Positions 26,609 through 39,424 of a DNA stretch of 64,000 nucleotides are shown here, one piece after another; the stretch's first letter is position 1; the number at the start of each line of letters is the position of its first letter. The notes beneath the pieces were generated by a model. The model was not told the origin of the DNA. It was given only the letters and a program-made list of their open reading frames with translations, and made no database searches. A program made the translations under genes and the position numbers. Source of the stretch: Schmidtea nova (lineage: Eukaryota); NCBI GenBank assembly GCA_044892505.1, contig CM097882.1, positions 284,642,001-284,706,000 on the forward strand, read 5' to 3'.

Positions 26609-29600
26609 TGTGCTTAATTTAATTATTGTGTTTAATTTAATTTCAATTGTTTAAATAGGCAGTTGATGTTACAAAAATAAATTTTCAAAAACTCGTTGGT
26701 AATAACTTATTTTTACTACAAGTTATCACGACTATCGATGGAAATTTTGAAATTTTTGGAAAAATTCGATGGAACAGGCAATGTTGCAAGCTGATTTTCT
26801 CAAATCAAATCAATTGTAAAGATGTCGAAGATAGAAACTATAGAAGTTTTTATGCCTATTATTTTGAAAAGCGATGCATATGCCGTCTACGAACATTTAT
26901 CAGAAAAGGACAAGGCTAGTTTTGAAGCAATCGAGGATGCATTGGAAAAAGCTTTTTCTTCAAGTATGTTTTTATATCATACGAAAAAATGAGAAATTAT
27001 AGATGGACTGGAGGATCAGTGGATGTATTTTTGGCCGATCTAAGATTTCATGCAAACCTTGCAAGAGTGAATGAGAACTCCGTTAGGAACTCTTTTGTCG
27101 TAGGACTACCTAAAGACGTGTCGAGATTGTTGCTGGCTATTCCAAATATTGATACTATGTCAATGGAGGATATTGTTCAGGTGACACGGGCAATGATGAA
27201 TACGAGAGTTCAAGACATTGAATGTGTCAACATTGCATATAACAAAGTAAAACGTTCAACTCATTGCGATAAGATTGGCCATGTAGCTGAACGTTGTTCT
27301 AAGAAGTTTGGTACAAGGTGTTGGTCTTGTAATAGCACCGATCACATATCTAGAGTATGTCCAAATAAGAATTCAAAAAACGATAACAGGGTAGCACTAA
27401 CGCCGGTGTCTACTCCATTGAACCAGTAATGGCGTTGCAAATAATCACAATTAAAGTGGATGGGAGAGAGGCAAATGCTTTAATTGATTCCGGATGCTCA
27501 AGATCTGTTGTTTTGGCTTCGTTGGTATGCAAAATGTTGAGAAGAACGGACGAGGTGATGATAGCAAATGGAACCTCTGTGTCGTGTTATTGTGATATAT
27601 TGGTAAACTTGGTGATTAGAGGTATAGATTTACGAGTAAATTGTCTGGCTCTCGAAAAATTACCCTACGATATTGAAATGATCCTGGGCATGGATATTAT
27701 TGGAAGATTAGGGGGTGTCCGGATTAGTACAGATGGAGTCGTTTTTTTCGAAAGAGAAGGTATGTGTGCTAAGACTGGATCGACAATACCGCCGCCGACA
27801 AAACCGCCGCCCCCATACAAAAGTAACTATTATTAAATGTAAGTATTATGTATTAATTTTAGACAAAAATTTAAATAGTTAACCGCAAAAGCATTCATCG
27901 TAGACATAATGTCTTTGACATTTTTTACTTGAACCTTTCTACCGCCATACTCTAAGCAAACTACATAATGTAACATTTGATTTTTTTGAAATATTTGATC
28001 ATTTATAATTTACGAGTATTTTTCAAAATACTCGAGTATCGTTTACAGTTTATGAAACATCAATGCATTTTTAGAAAGTGCATTTTGTGATTCATCAATC
28101 TTTTATTCACAGTCCTAATGGTAGAAATTATATACGATATATATCGATTCCACGACAACAACTTTCTCTGATTTAGTCAATTTGTTCTAAATGACATATG
28201 TTTATATTACTTTTCAAACAAATAAATTAAAATCGAAGTAATCAGCATTCCTACAAACTGTATAAAACATTTTTTTAAAATTTATTTTGGTTTCCGCCGC
28301 TTATGTCGGCGGCGGTCATGTCGCGACGGTATTGTCACCGGCGGTAAAGTCGGGGCGCCGTGCTGAGTGATAAGTGTGTCACTGAGGCAAGTTCTTTTCC
28401 GAGCGTCATCAATATTATAGACGAAGATTTCGAAGCTAGATTCGACAAGAAATGGGTTGTCAAATGGAAATGGAAGTCTGGATCAGCGATATTGTGGAAC
28501 AAGATTGCTTGTTATAAGATGGCAAACGATATTCAAGCAACTTTTGATGCAGAGATGAAGCGTTGGATAGAGGAAGGATGGCTTGTACCGGCCGAATCAA
28601 GCGTCGGTAGTACGATTCCATTAATGGCAGTGGATCAGCCGAACAAGAATAAAGTTCAACCTGTTATGGATTTCCGAGAATTGAATAAGTTCGTCAAGAG
28701 TCACATTGGGCAAAGTGACGTGTGTGGGGAGTCATTGAGATAATGGCGAAAGATGGTAGAGATGTTATTATGCTTGACTTAAAGAATGCTTATTTACAGT
28801 TGCATGTCGATAAAGAATGTTGGAAGTATCAAAAGGTATGCTATGACGATAAGTTTTAGACTGGGATTCGGGTTGAATGTAGCCCCAAAAATTATGTCTA
28901 GTGTTTTGAAAAGGTGTTGAGTTTACGAAGTGACATTGCTGAAGCGACAGATAGTTATATAGACGACAAAATAGTAGACCAGTCATTAGTTTGCGTCTCG
29001 GATGTTATAAATCATTTGCAGAAATATGGGTTAGAAGTGAAAGATCCAGAGAAGTTTGATGATGCAAGAGTTTAAGGATTGCAAATAACAATGAGTAACA
29101 TTGATCGGATTTGGACAAGAGGTAATGAGCTTCCTGTCATGAAGAATGGGCCGGAAGTGTTGAGACGTCAATTATTTTCAATTTGTGGTCAATTGCTCGG
29201 TCACTATTCAGTGGCAAATTGGTTGCGAGTTGCGTGTGGTTTCATAAAACGTCATAGTAGTGGAGAGAAATGGGATGATAAAATTGGGCATATTGCGCAA
29301 AAGATGTTAACTGACACTATTGGTCGTGTTTTTAAAGACGAATGGCATGTGTCAGAACAACTTAATGGTGTAGTATGGTGTGACGCAAGTAGTTTGGCCT
29401 TGGGTGTTTGTTTGGAAATTGGTGGTCATGTAGTTGAAGATGCGTCCTGGTTGAGGAAGAAGATTGATGTATGTCATATTAATGTAGCCGAGCTAGATGC
29501 CGTTATTAAAGGCATAAATGTAAGTCTAGCTTGGGGCCTGAAAGATATCTTAATAAAAACAGATTCAGCCACTGTGAAAAGTTGAGTTACCTCTATATTG

Positions 29601-30889
29601 TCGAATCAAGAAAGAGTACGTACACACGGAATATCATATATGTTAATTCAGCGGAGATTAAAAATAATCAAGGAGTTGCAAGATAGTTTCAATTTAGCTC
29701 TTTCGATAGAGTTAGTATCTACAGAGAGGAATAAAGCGGATATACTAACCAGAGTACCTAAGACGTGGTTGTACTGGGTAAAGACTGTAACATCTATAGT
29801 AATAACAAGAATGGATGACTTAGTAAAGCCTCACAATGCTCATCATTTAGGCGTCGAAAGAACGTTGCATCTTGCTAAGAGAAAATTCCCAAATATTACT
29901 AAGAAAGACGTGCAAGATGTCATTAGCAAATGTGTAGAATGCAGATCCATTGATCCAGCACCGGTTACATGGAAGCACGGGAAGCTTGATGTCGAGGTAA
30001 ATCGGAAGAGGATCGCGATCGACGTGACTCACTATAAGGATAAAAGGTATTTAACAATTATCGATTGTGGACCGATTCGTTTTGCAATTTAGAGGGAGAT
30101 AGCTAGCGAGGAAGTTGGAGTCATAATTCAAAATTTAGAGCAGGTATTTAGGGAAAGAGGTTCACCAGTAGAAATACTCGTAGATAACGCTACATCCTTT
30201 CGATCTGGAGCAATTGATTCTCTGAGCAAGAAGTGGGGGGGTTAGGCGCATGTTCAGATGTGCATATCGACCTGCTGGAAATGGGATAATCGAGCAGAAC
30301 CATAGAACGATCAAGCGTATGGCAGCACGGTCTGGCAGAGAACCATTGGATATGGTTTATTGGTACAATGTGGCGTTAAGAGACGATGTTGATGAGAACT
30401 TGTCTCCTTCCGATCTAATGTTCAATTACGTATCGAGACACCCAGGTGAAGTGGAAGATGTCTTGCCGGATCCAGAAGGCGGGTTTACTGTGGGAGAGGC
30501 GGTTTTTGTAAAACCTCCTGATGCAAGATGTACTTCTCGGTGGAACGAAGGAAGAGATTGACGGTATGCCTCGCTATGTTTCCGACATAAGAAAAAAGAG
30601 AATTCCAGAGAGGACGAATTACAAATACAAGACACTACCGAGGTTGCAGAGATAGAAGTTGACGATTTAGTAGGTAGAAGTTTAAGAGTACGAAATCCGC
30701 CACGTTACTTAGATGACTATGAACTAACGAGCGATATTGATGCTGACATCACGGGGAGATGTGCTTAATTTAATTTATGTGCTTAATTTAATTATTGTGT
30801 TTAGTTTAATTTCAATTGTTTAAATAGGCAGTTGATGTTATAAAAATAAATTTTCAAAAACTCGTTGGTAATTACTTATTTTTACTACA
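26609..30889 (+). mobile_element. Full-length degenerate Ty3/Gypsy LTR retrotransposon (gag-PR-RT-RH-IN) in PCBP intron 5
   Basis: LTRs 26609-26720 and 30760-30889 (TG...CA); PPT GGGGAGA; flanks CAAAC/TAAAC. Domains: gag from ATG 26738 with CCHC knuckles, PR LIDSGCS, RT PVMDFRELN / LDLKNAYLQL / YIDD, RH WCDASSLALG...HINVAEL, IN HHCC and IAIDVTH...NGIIEQ. Multiple stops and frameshifts. Confidence 0.93.
27774..28359. mobile_element. ~590 bp non-autonomous DNA element inserted between Gypsy protease and RT
   Basis: AT-rich core interrupts pol. Subterminal motifs ACCGCCGCCGACA and GACAATACC recur inverted at the other end. Flanks GTGCTAAG/GTGCTGAG resemble an 8 bp hAT-type target duplication. 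Confidence 0.65.
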
Positions 30890-30924
30890 TAAACATAAAA
30901 ATATTTTTTTTAAATTCAACATAC

Positions 30925-32595
30925 TGTTGGGCTGGTGGAATCAAAAAATAAATTTATGTAAACGTGAGGAAAAACAGAAAAAGTAAATTATTTAATAGAC
31001 ACATAATCTAGTAGAGTTAAAACAAAAATATAAATATTTAAAAAATAAATAGAATAAACTATATACTTATAAATTACAAATTTATCTTTTGTGTACAAAA
31101 AAAAGGCATTTTAACGTAGATTAATAAACGATGGTGAACTTGGTTAAAAGGCTTAATGTGACTGACCGGATATGTGGAAAACTGACAGAAAATTAAATAA
31201 GCACTATGCACGTACAACATTTAGCAGTGCATGAATAATTCTTGTTTAGTTTCAACAAATATATATGAAATAAAAACGAATTATCAACAAATAAATTTGA
31301 ATTGAAAATAAAACAAATAAAATTAATTGCAAAGCAGTTTCTGCAAATAAATAAAATCAAATTAGATTATTAAATGACGTGAGTGATATTGCGTTGCAAT
31401 GTATTGTGATTGCCATCAACGATGATTATTCACCAAATGTCATATGCATGACTGCACTCTTGTTCGTTGTTTTTGATTTACACGTAGTGTCAAAAGAAAA
31501 AATGAAAAATATGTGTGATAGATGGTAGAGTTTCACGGTTCAGTAGTCAGTGTAAATGGTAAATGAATTGTTAATGATTGTTACTGAAAAATAATCCAAA
31601 AATGTTTCTAAAAACAGAAACATAAAAATATTTTGGAAAATACGTGCACGCACTCTCGAAATTGTCGGAATGTGGGAGATTAATATGTCCGAGCGACTGG
31701 TGTTGGGGGTCGGTAAGATGATAGAAAACCGAGAGAAAAGCTGCCACATACACCCACAGTTTTGCTAACAGTTGTATTGCAACCCGCATTAGTAGTGGAC
31801 ACACTGATATCAAAAATAGTATATAAAGGCATTGAAAATTCATAATTTTAACACTTATTCTGAAACCAAAAATTTGCAGACAGTCAATTTTGAGTGATTC
31901 CACCTGCCAGCTTTGATCATTTTATTTGATCATTCGAAAGGAGCAAACCTTCGCAAGCATGATCATGTATATTTTTTTTATGTTTCCATAATACGTAATT
32001 GGAAGTTTTTAAATAAAGTTTTAATTGATTTTTTTAAATATTTGAAATATCAGTTTTGCATTCGTTTTGATTTGGTAATCCCCGAATTAAATTTGGCTCA
32101 TAAAGTAAAAAGATGCATCCCCTTGTAGTGAAAATCACGAGGGTGATTCCGTACAAATGGGACTGTTTATGGCACCACGGTATGATGAGTACAACATAAA
32201 AATTATAGACAATTAAATCTTCGGTGATAGGAGTAGGCAAATTTAAAATATAAGTGTAAAATAAACCTGATGGATTTAAGGAAGGTTATCTATACAATTT
32301 TTGAGAACGAATAAATGTGGGGAACAGAGAGCTAAGATTTAATCAGACGATAGGATCGTAAAGAAAGTAGATGCGTAAGTCCTTCTATCGGCAGCGGGAA
32401 CCCGAAAGAGAGAATATAGTGAGTAGTTTCGGCAACAGAGCTCACCTGTTCACTCTATTATCGTCACCGTGTACAGTACCAACATAATTAGGGAATAACT
32501 ATGGGTAAACGAGTGTGTTAGGTTAATATTTATGATGGGCTATGGGTCATATTAATCCCTAGTGTCAATAATAATTTTTCCAACAACACCCAACA
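30925..32595 (+). mobile_element. LTR-like repeat, family copy B (longest)
   Basis: TGTTGGG...CCCAACA termini; the 3' end matches copy A and the 5' ~900 bp matches copy C. Confidence 0.65.
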
Positions 32596-33022
32596 ACCAA
32601 ATAATACAATTTACAATTTTTTTTAAAAAAAATGAAAATCTTCACAAAAACAAACATATTTTCATTTTTTATAAAAATTTGTAAATTGTATGTTGAATTT
32701 AAAAAAAATTTATGTTTGTGTATTTAAAAAATATTTAGAAAAAAAATATTTAAAAAAAACATTTTATGTACAATAAAATTAAATTTAAAAAAAAATTAAA
32801 AATTTTGATATAGTTTGAAAATAATAATTAATAGAATAAAATTATGTGGAAATTTATTTAAATACAGTTAAAGCAGATTTTTTGTGAAAATTTGAAATAA
32901 AACTAAAAAATGAAATAGCAAAACATAAATCTATAAATAACAAGCTTAGTTTGAAATATCTGCACTTAAATTTAAATATTAATTTATAATTCCATTTTCA
33001 ATTAATCAAAATTAGAATTTAA

Positions 33023-33025
<3 letters not shown>

Positions 33026-33055
<30 letters not shown>
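33026..33055. repeat. (AT)n microsatellite
   Basis: About 15 AT units. Confidence 0.9.
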
Positions 33056-33057
<2 letters not shown>

Positions 33058-33853
33058 TGTCTTTCTTCACGTCCTATCTATATCTAATTTTATCTAAATT
33101 CAAAAAAATGTGACAATCATTTGAAGGGCATTATAGCTAAGAAATTATCACGAAATATAATTCTGCTAGTTGTAAAATTATATATTTTCGTAAGTCCTTT
33201 TAAGTAATATTTTCTTTATTATTTTTATTTTAAACCCTGGATTAAAAATGAAGTTTTTTCTTAATTAACTAGCATCATTATTTTCTCGTTTTTCCACATT
33301 TGATACTTATGTTTCTTTTTCAGAAATTTTCACTTTTTTAAACTAGATTAAAATTCTTTGAATTTTTTACAACTTTTAATAAGTTCTTGTGATTATTTAT
33401 TACCATTTAATGTTAATGAAAATTAAAACATTAATCTCATTTTAAAAATAAATTTGAAATTCTTTACAAAAAATTAGAACGAAATCCATCAGGCTTGAAA
33501 ATAAACTATCGTTGTTGTTAACCTTCTTGATATTTTACCGTACATTACGAACGTGACCTAAAACCAAATCGGTACAAAATATTTAAATATTCAAAAAAAA
33601 CCCCAATTGGACATAGGAATTTTATAATATTAAAACAAACGTGATGAATCTTGCTGGAGTGGCATGCATTAGGAAATATACACACTAACAGCAAGAAATC
33701 ATCATATTAAATAGCTGCTACTTTTTGGGAGGAATTTAATTTAATTTGAAAATTAAAAGAGAAAATCCACAAAAAGAATTTTTTTCTTCAATATTCATAA
33801 TTAAATATTAATTATTCTTTATCATAAAATCTAGAGAAAATGAAACTAATTTA

Positions 33854-34732
<879 letters not shown>

Positions 34733-35809
34733 AATGCTACCAGAAAAATAATCAGCTGTTGTCACCAAAAATTGAGAAATTTATAGTAACTGAACCGATG
34801 AACTTAAGAATCGGCATTAAGTAAATTGGAACAAACCACCACAGTTGACTGGTAATTGTGCAGGCACAACAAACCAGTGTTATATTATCGGTTAAGTGCA
34901 CTCGAATAATTTCATCCATTTAAATGTTTATTGGAAAATTTGATTGCTACGAACTTTCTGTGAAAAAGGTGCATACTACACATCATTAGTCTAACGGAAT
35001 CAGCCAATAACAGAAAAACATAATAAATCCATTTCGCAAAGAAACAAGTGATAAATAGAACAAACTCTAATTCAACAAATCTGTTTTTTACATTAAAAAT
35101 TTAGTCAATTACGATTTGACATAATATTTGAAATGTAAAAAAATCTAATAAAAATAAAAGAACAATACAAAGTGCATGCAACGTAATCTGTACCTCACGG
35201 GGATAGAAAATTATTTCACTTCGTTCTGTAGACACACCTCCTCAAGGTACAAGAAATAGATGATGATCCACTGTTGTCAGGCTGCTTTTGTATTGTCTTC
35301 CTATCTATCCGAATGACTCACAAATTACAGAAATTAGAAATCTGATTATTGATTTTAGTCGATGAAAGATATTCATATTTAAATTATATAAGAAAGAACG
35401 ATTCAAATTATTAGCATTAGTTTTATGCAGTCATGTAGGATATGATTTTTAATTTTATGTACTCCAAATATTATTATTGAAATTTTAAATAATTAAATTG
35501 TATAAAATTAATTTACAAATGTTTCTATTTTTGAAAGAAAATATTAAAATACTCAAAAATTTTAAATGTTATTTTAAAATCTTGTAATTTTTTATTTTTA
35601 ATTGTTTCGTTTGACGTGAATCAATTTTTATAAAAAAACTTTTAATAAAATCAACGGTTTTCATCAGGGTCAAGAAGTCGGAAATCAATGGAGTTGAAAA
35701 CATTTGAATGCAGGTGAGGCAGTTAAATTCAAAGGCGTCACGACTTCGGTTAAAGTATAAATAGATGTGTTGTACATACATTACACCTACGCTCAATTGA
35801 CATTGATTA

Positions 35810-36363
35810 AGGGCCTATATCAATTGAAATGTAATTTTTATGTTTTTGTTTGGTTGTTAAGTAATTTTTAATTTTAGTAAATTAATGCGCATCATGCTTA
35901 CTCTCCCAGTATCTGTTGCAGCAGGAGAATCCAGCTTCTCAAAACTGAAAATAATAAAGAATTACTTGCGATCTACAATGGCAGAAGATCGTTTATCGGA
36001 CTTGGCTATTCTCTCCATTGAGAAAGAAATGGCTTCCAAGGTGGACATCGGTGCACTTGCTCGGGAATTTGCCTCAATAAAAATAAGGTGCATTCCATTC
36101 TTTTCTGATTGAATTATTGTCTGTACGGTTTGCCTGTACTTCAACAATTACATCGCACACATTCTCTGACCATGTATTTTTTCAGTAGACGGTGTAGAAT
36201 AAATAGAATTGTAGACGGGCAGTAGAAAAGATAATTACAACAACAAATATTAAGAGATGAACGCACAGTGATTTAAACAATCCAAAATGAACTTTACATA
36301 TAAGCTATAGGGCGGCAAATTTGCGTTTTGCCTAATGCGGCAAAAACTTACCAACCGGCCCCG
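35810..36363 (+). mobile_element. hAT 3' remnant (dimerisation domain plus terminus)
   Basis: LTLPVSVAAGESSFSKLKIIKNYLRSTMAEDRLSDLAILSIE; GC-rich end GGGCGGCAAATT...ACCGGCCCCG. Confidence 0.8.
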
Positions 36364-36589
36364 GATATATTAATTCATTTTCTTAACTCAACTCTTTCAT
36401 ACCTGGTGTGCAAAATTGTGCAAAGGAACTTCATTCTAGTTTTTAAAGGACTAAGATCAATATTTTTAATTACATTTCAATTATTTAGTGCTTGCTATAT
36501 TAATAAACATAAGTAGGTAGAGGTTTAGAGCCGGGAACAAAGATATATGGCTTATCAATGAATCATAATAAAGAACATGAGCCATCATC

Positions 36590-38890
36590 CTTACCGGATG
36601 ACTCATACTATGCCTCATAGATGACGTCATTTGGATCAGGGGAAAAATGCCATATAGCCCTTTTTTCCCCTGATCCAATTTTGGCATTTTTTCCCATGAT
36701 CTCGTCATTTCAAGGTCAAATTTTAAATTTGAATTTCCTAAGGTCAAACCTTATAATGAAGGTATAATTCGAAAGTTCTTCGAGAGGTGCATGTGATTGT
36801 TATACTCTCAAAGGTCTAAGGTGAGTGCTGGACCTTCAAAGGGTCGAAAACCTTCAAAGTAGGGGGATGTGAGACCCCAGCACAGAATGAGTTATCGCGC
36901 ACCGCCGATTAAAACAAAATATTAAACCCCCCTAGGGGGATGGGGGGCTAATTTTTTTGTTTTAATTTTTGATTTTTGACTTTTTGTTTATTCACATTTT
37001 TGCACAGTGCAAATCAATTTTTTCAAATTTTCTCAACGCATATGGTAGAGCACAATGTGCTGCACAGTTCTATGCCTGAAACTTTTTTATTGGATGCGCC
37101 CAAGTCACAGATTATTGATTTTTATAGTTTTTTCACATTTTTGCACAGTGAGAATAAAATCTTTTTAATTTTCTCAACGTTGTTGGGTAGATCACAATGA
37201 GCTGCACATTTTTTGTTTTGGAAACTTTTTCATAGGATGTGCGGAAAGCACCTAAAAACACGTGTGAGCCCCCAAGCACAAGATGAGTTATCGCGCATCG
37301 CCAATTAAAACAAAAATTTTTTAGCCCCCTCCCCCGGGAGGCTAATTCTTTTTTGTTTTAATCTTTGAATATTGATTTTTTAAAATCTTTTTGTTTAAAT
37401 GAGCACAGAAGGAGAAATAATAAAGTTAAGAGAAATCTTTCAAGACAAAAGTTGTAGATCATATCGAGGCGCACATTTTAGCTTAAAAGACTTTTTATTT
37501 TGATTAACCCAATGTTCCAAATTAGTGTTCCAATGTTTCGTTTAAAGAAATATACGATTTCTAAGGTAGATGTGAGAAAACTTCCAAGACAAAAGTCGTA
37601 GACAATGACGAGACACACTTTATATTTGCAAAATACTTTCATTTTGGTCNNNNNNNNNNNNNNNNNNNNNNNNNNNNNNNNNNNNNNNNNNNNNNNNNNN
37701 NNNNNNNNNNNNNNNNNNNNNNNNNNNNNNNNNNNNNNNNNNNNNNNNNNNNNNNNNNNNNNNNNNNNNNNNNNNNNNNNNNNNNNNNNNNNNNNNNNNN
37801 NNNNNNNNNNNNNNNNNNNNNNNNNNNNNNNNNNNNNNNNNNNNNNNNNNNNNNNNNNNNNNNNNNNNNNNNNNNNNNNNNNNNNNNNNNNNNNNNNNNN
37901 NNNNNNNNNNNNNNNNNNNNNNNNNNNNNNNNNNNNNNNNNNNNNNNNNNNNNNNNNNNNNNNNNNNNNNNNNNNNNNNNNNNNNNNGTATTTCTATGTT
38001 AATTTGGCTTGCAACTGCAATGTCTTTGTTAACTTGCATGTGTATTGCAATGTCTTTATTAATTGGGCTTCATTACAATGCATGGGTCTTGTAATGTCTT
38101 TGTTAAGTTGCTTTGGCATTGAAATGTTTTAGTTAAGTTGCATCGGCATTGCAACGTTAACTATGTCGTTGTTTAAAAATTATATTTGCACACCATCAAC
38201 ATAGTTTTAAATATTATGACAAAGAAAAAATATTTTCAATTATATATAATTTGTTTGAATATTTTGTTTCAAAATTTTATTTTTCAATCACACACCTTCA
38301 AAAATAATACCGTCGTGTGTATCTCATGAAGGATTTTCGAACGATACCAAATTTTACCTTAATACTTGTAATTTTTAAATTTTTTTATTTGTTGTACAAA
38401 ATTTTATTTTTTCGTTCAGACACCATCGTGTGGTTCTGGCGAATGCCTTTCAAACAATACCAACTTTAACCTTCCTACTTTTAGTTTTTTTATTTTTGTT
38501 TCAAAAATTTATTTTTCAATCAGACACCTTAAAAAATAATAGCGAAGGCGGTTTGAACGATACCAAATTTAACATTGGTACTTTAAGTATTTAAAATTTA
38601 TTTAAATTTGAAATGAGTCATCGATGACGTCATAAAATTCTAATTTGAATTGAGCCATCAATATGATGAGTCATTAATTTAAACTTTTTAATTTTTAAAA
38701 ATTTTTAAAAAAATAACTTTATCAAAAAATAGCTGAATCATCGATGACTATGAAAAATCGATTGGTAAAAATTTTTTTTAAAGAGGTATAAAAATGTAAA
38801 GATTAAAAAAAGATTAAAAAATTGACCTCGCTCGCTCACGCAAAAAAAATTGGACCACCTCCCGGGGAGTTCGGTAACTCATGGTCTTGG
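36590..38890. repeat. Composite repetitive element with internal duplications and hairpins (possibly Helentron-associated non-autonomous element)
   Basis: Perfect 17 bp inverted repeat at 36631-36678; duplicated GATGAGTTATCGCGCA block (~36880, ~37280); degenerate ~30 bp tandem repeats at 37990-38170; triplicated ~100 bp unit at 38290-38575; CTCCCGGGGAG hairpin at ~38860. Confidence 0.4.
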
Positions 38891-39424
38891 TTTGAATTTT
38901 TCTGCCCACTCATTTCTTTGTGCTTGACTCCACACATTACCTACTAACCCATACATCAAAATATTGATATTCTTCACACAATATTAAATGTTTTGCTTCC
39001 ATTGAGAGGTACTGCAAAGATTTTCAGTTTCTTCCATTTTATGTATTCATTTATTGCAATAAGATAATTTAAGAATTAACAAAATAAACGAGTTCTTAAC
39101 TTTATATAATGATAATCCGATATTTGTACGTTGTTAATTATTAGTAAACTTGTTCATTTTATTTTCAATTTTTTTAAAATTTCTGTGTTGGTTCATTTGA
39201 AAATTGAAATTTATTTTACAATTCATCCAATTTGAAATCTTCACTACGTCTGTGAAATTGTATGCTCACCATAACATCTCTAATTAGTTATTTAAAAAAT
39301 TAATTGTTAAAAGCTGAACAAATTTATGTGAACAAATAAAGGATAAAAAAATAAATTTATTACAAAAACTGATTGTTAATAATTTTGTATATAAAAATAT
39401 TCTGAATATAAATAATGCATAAAT

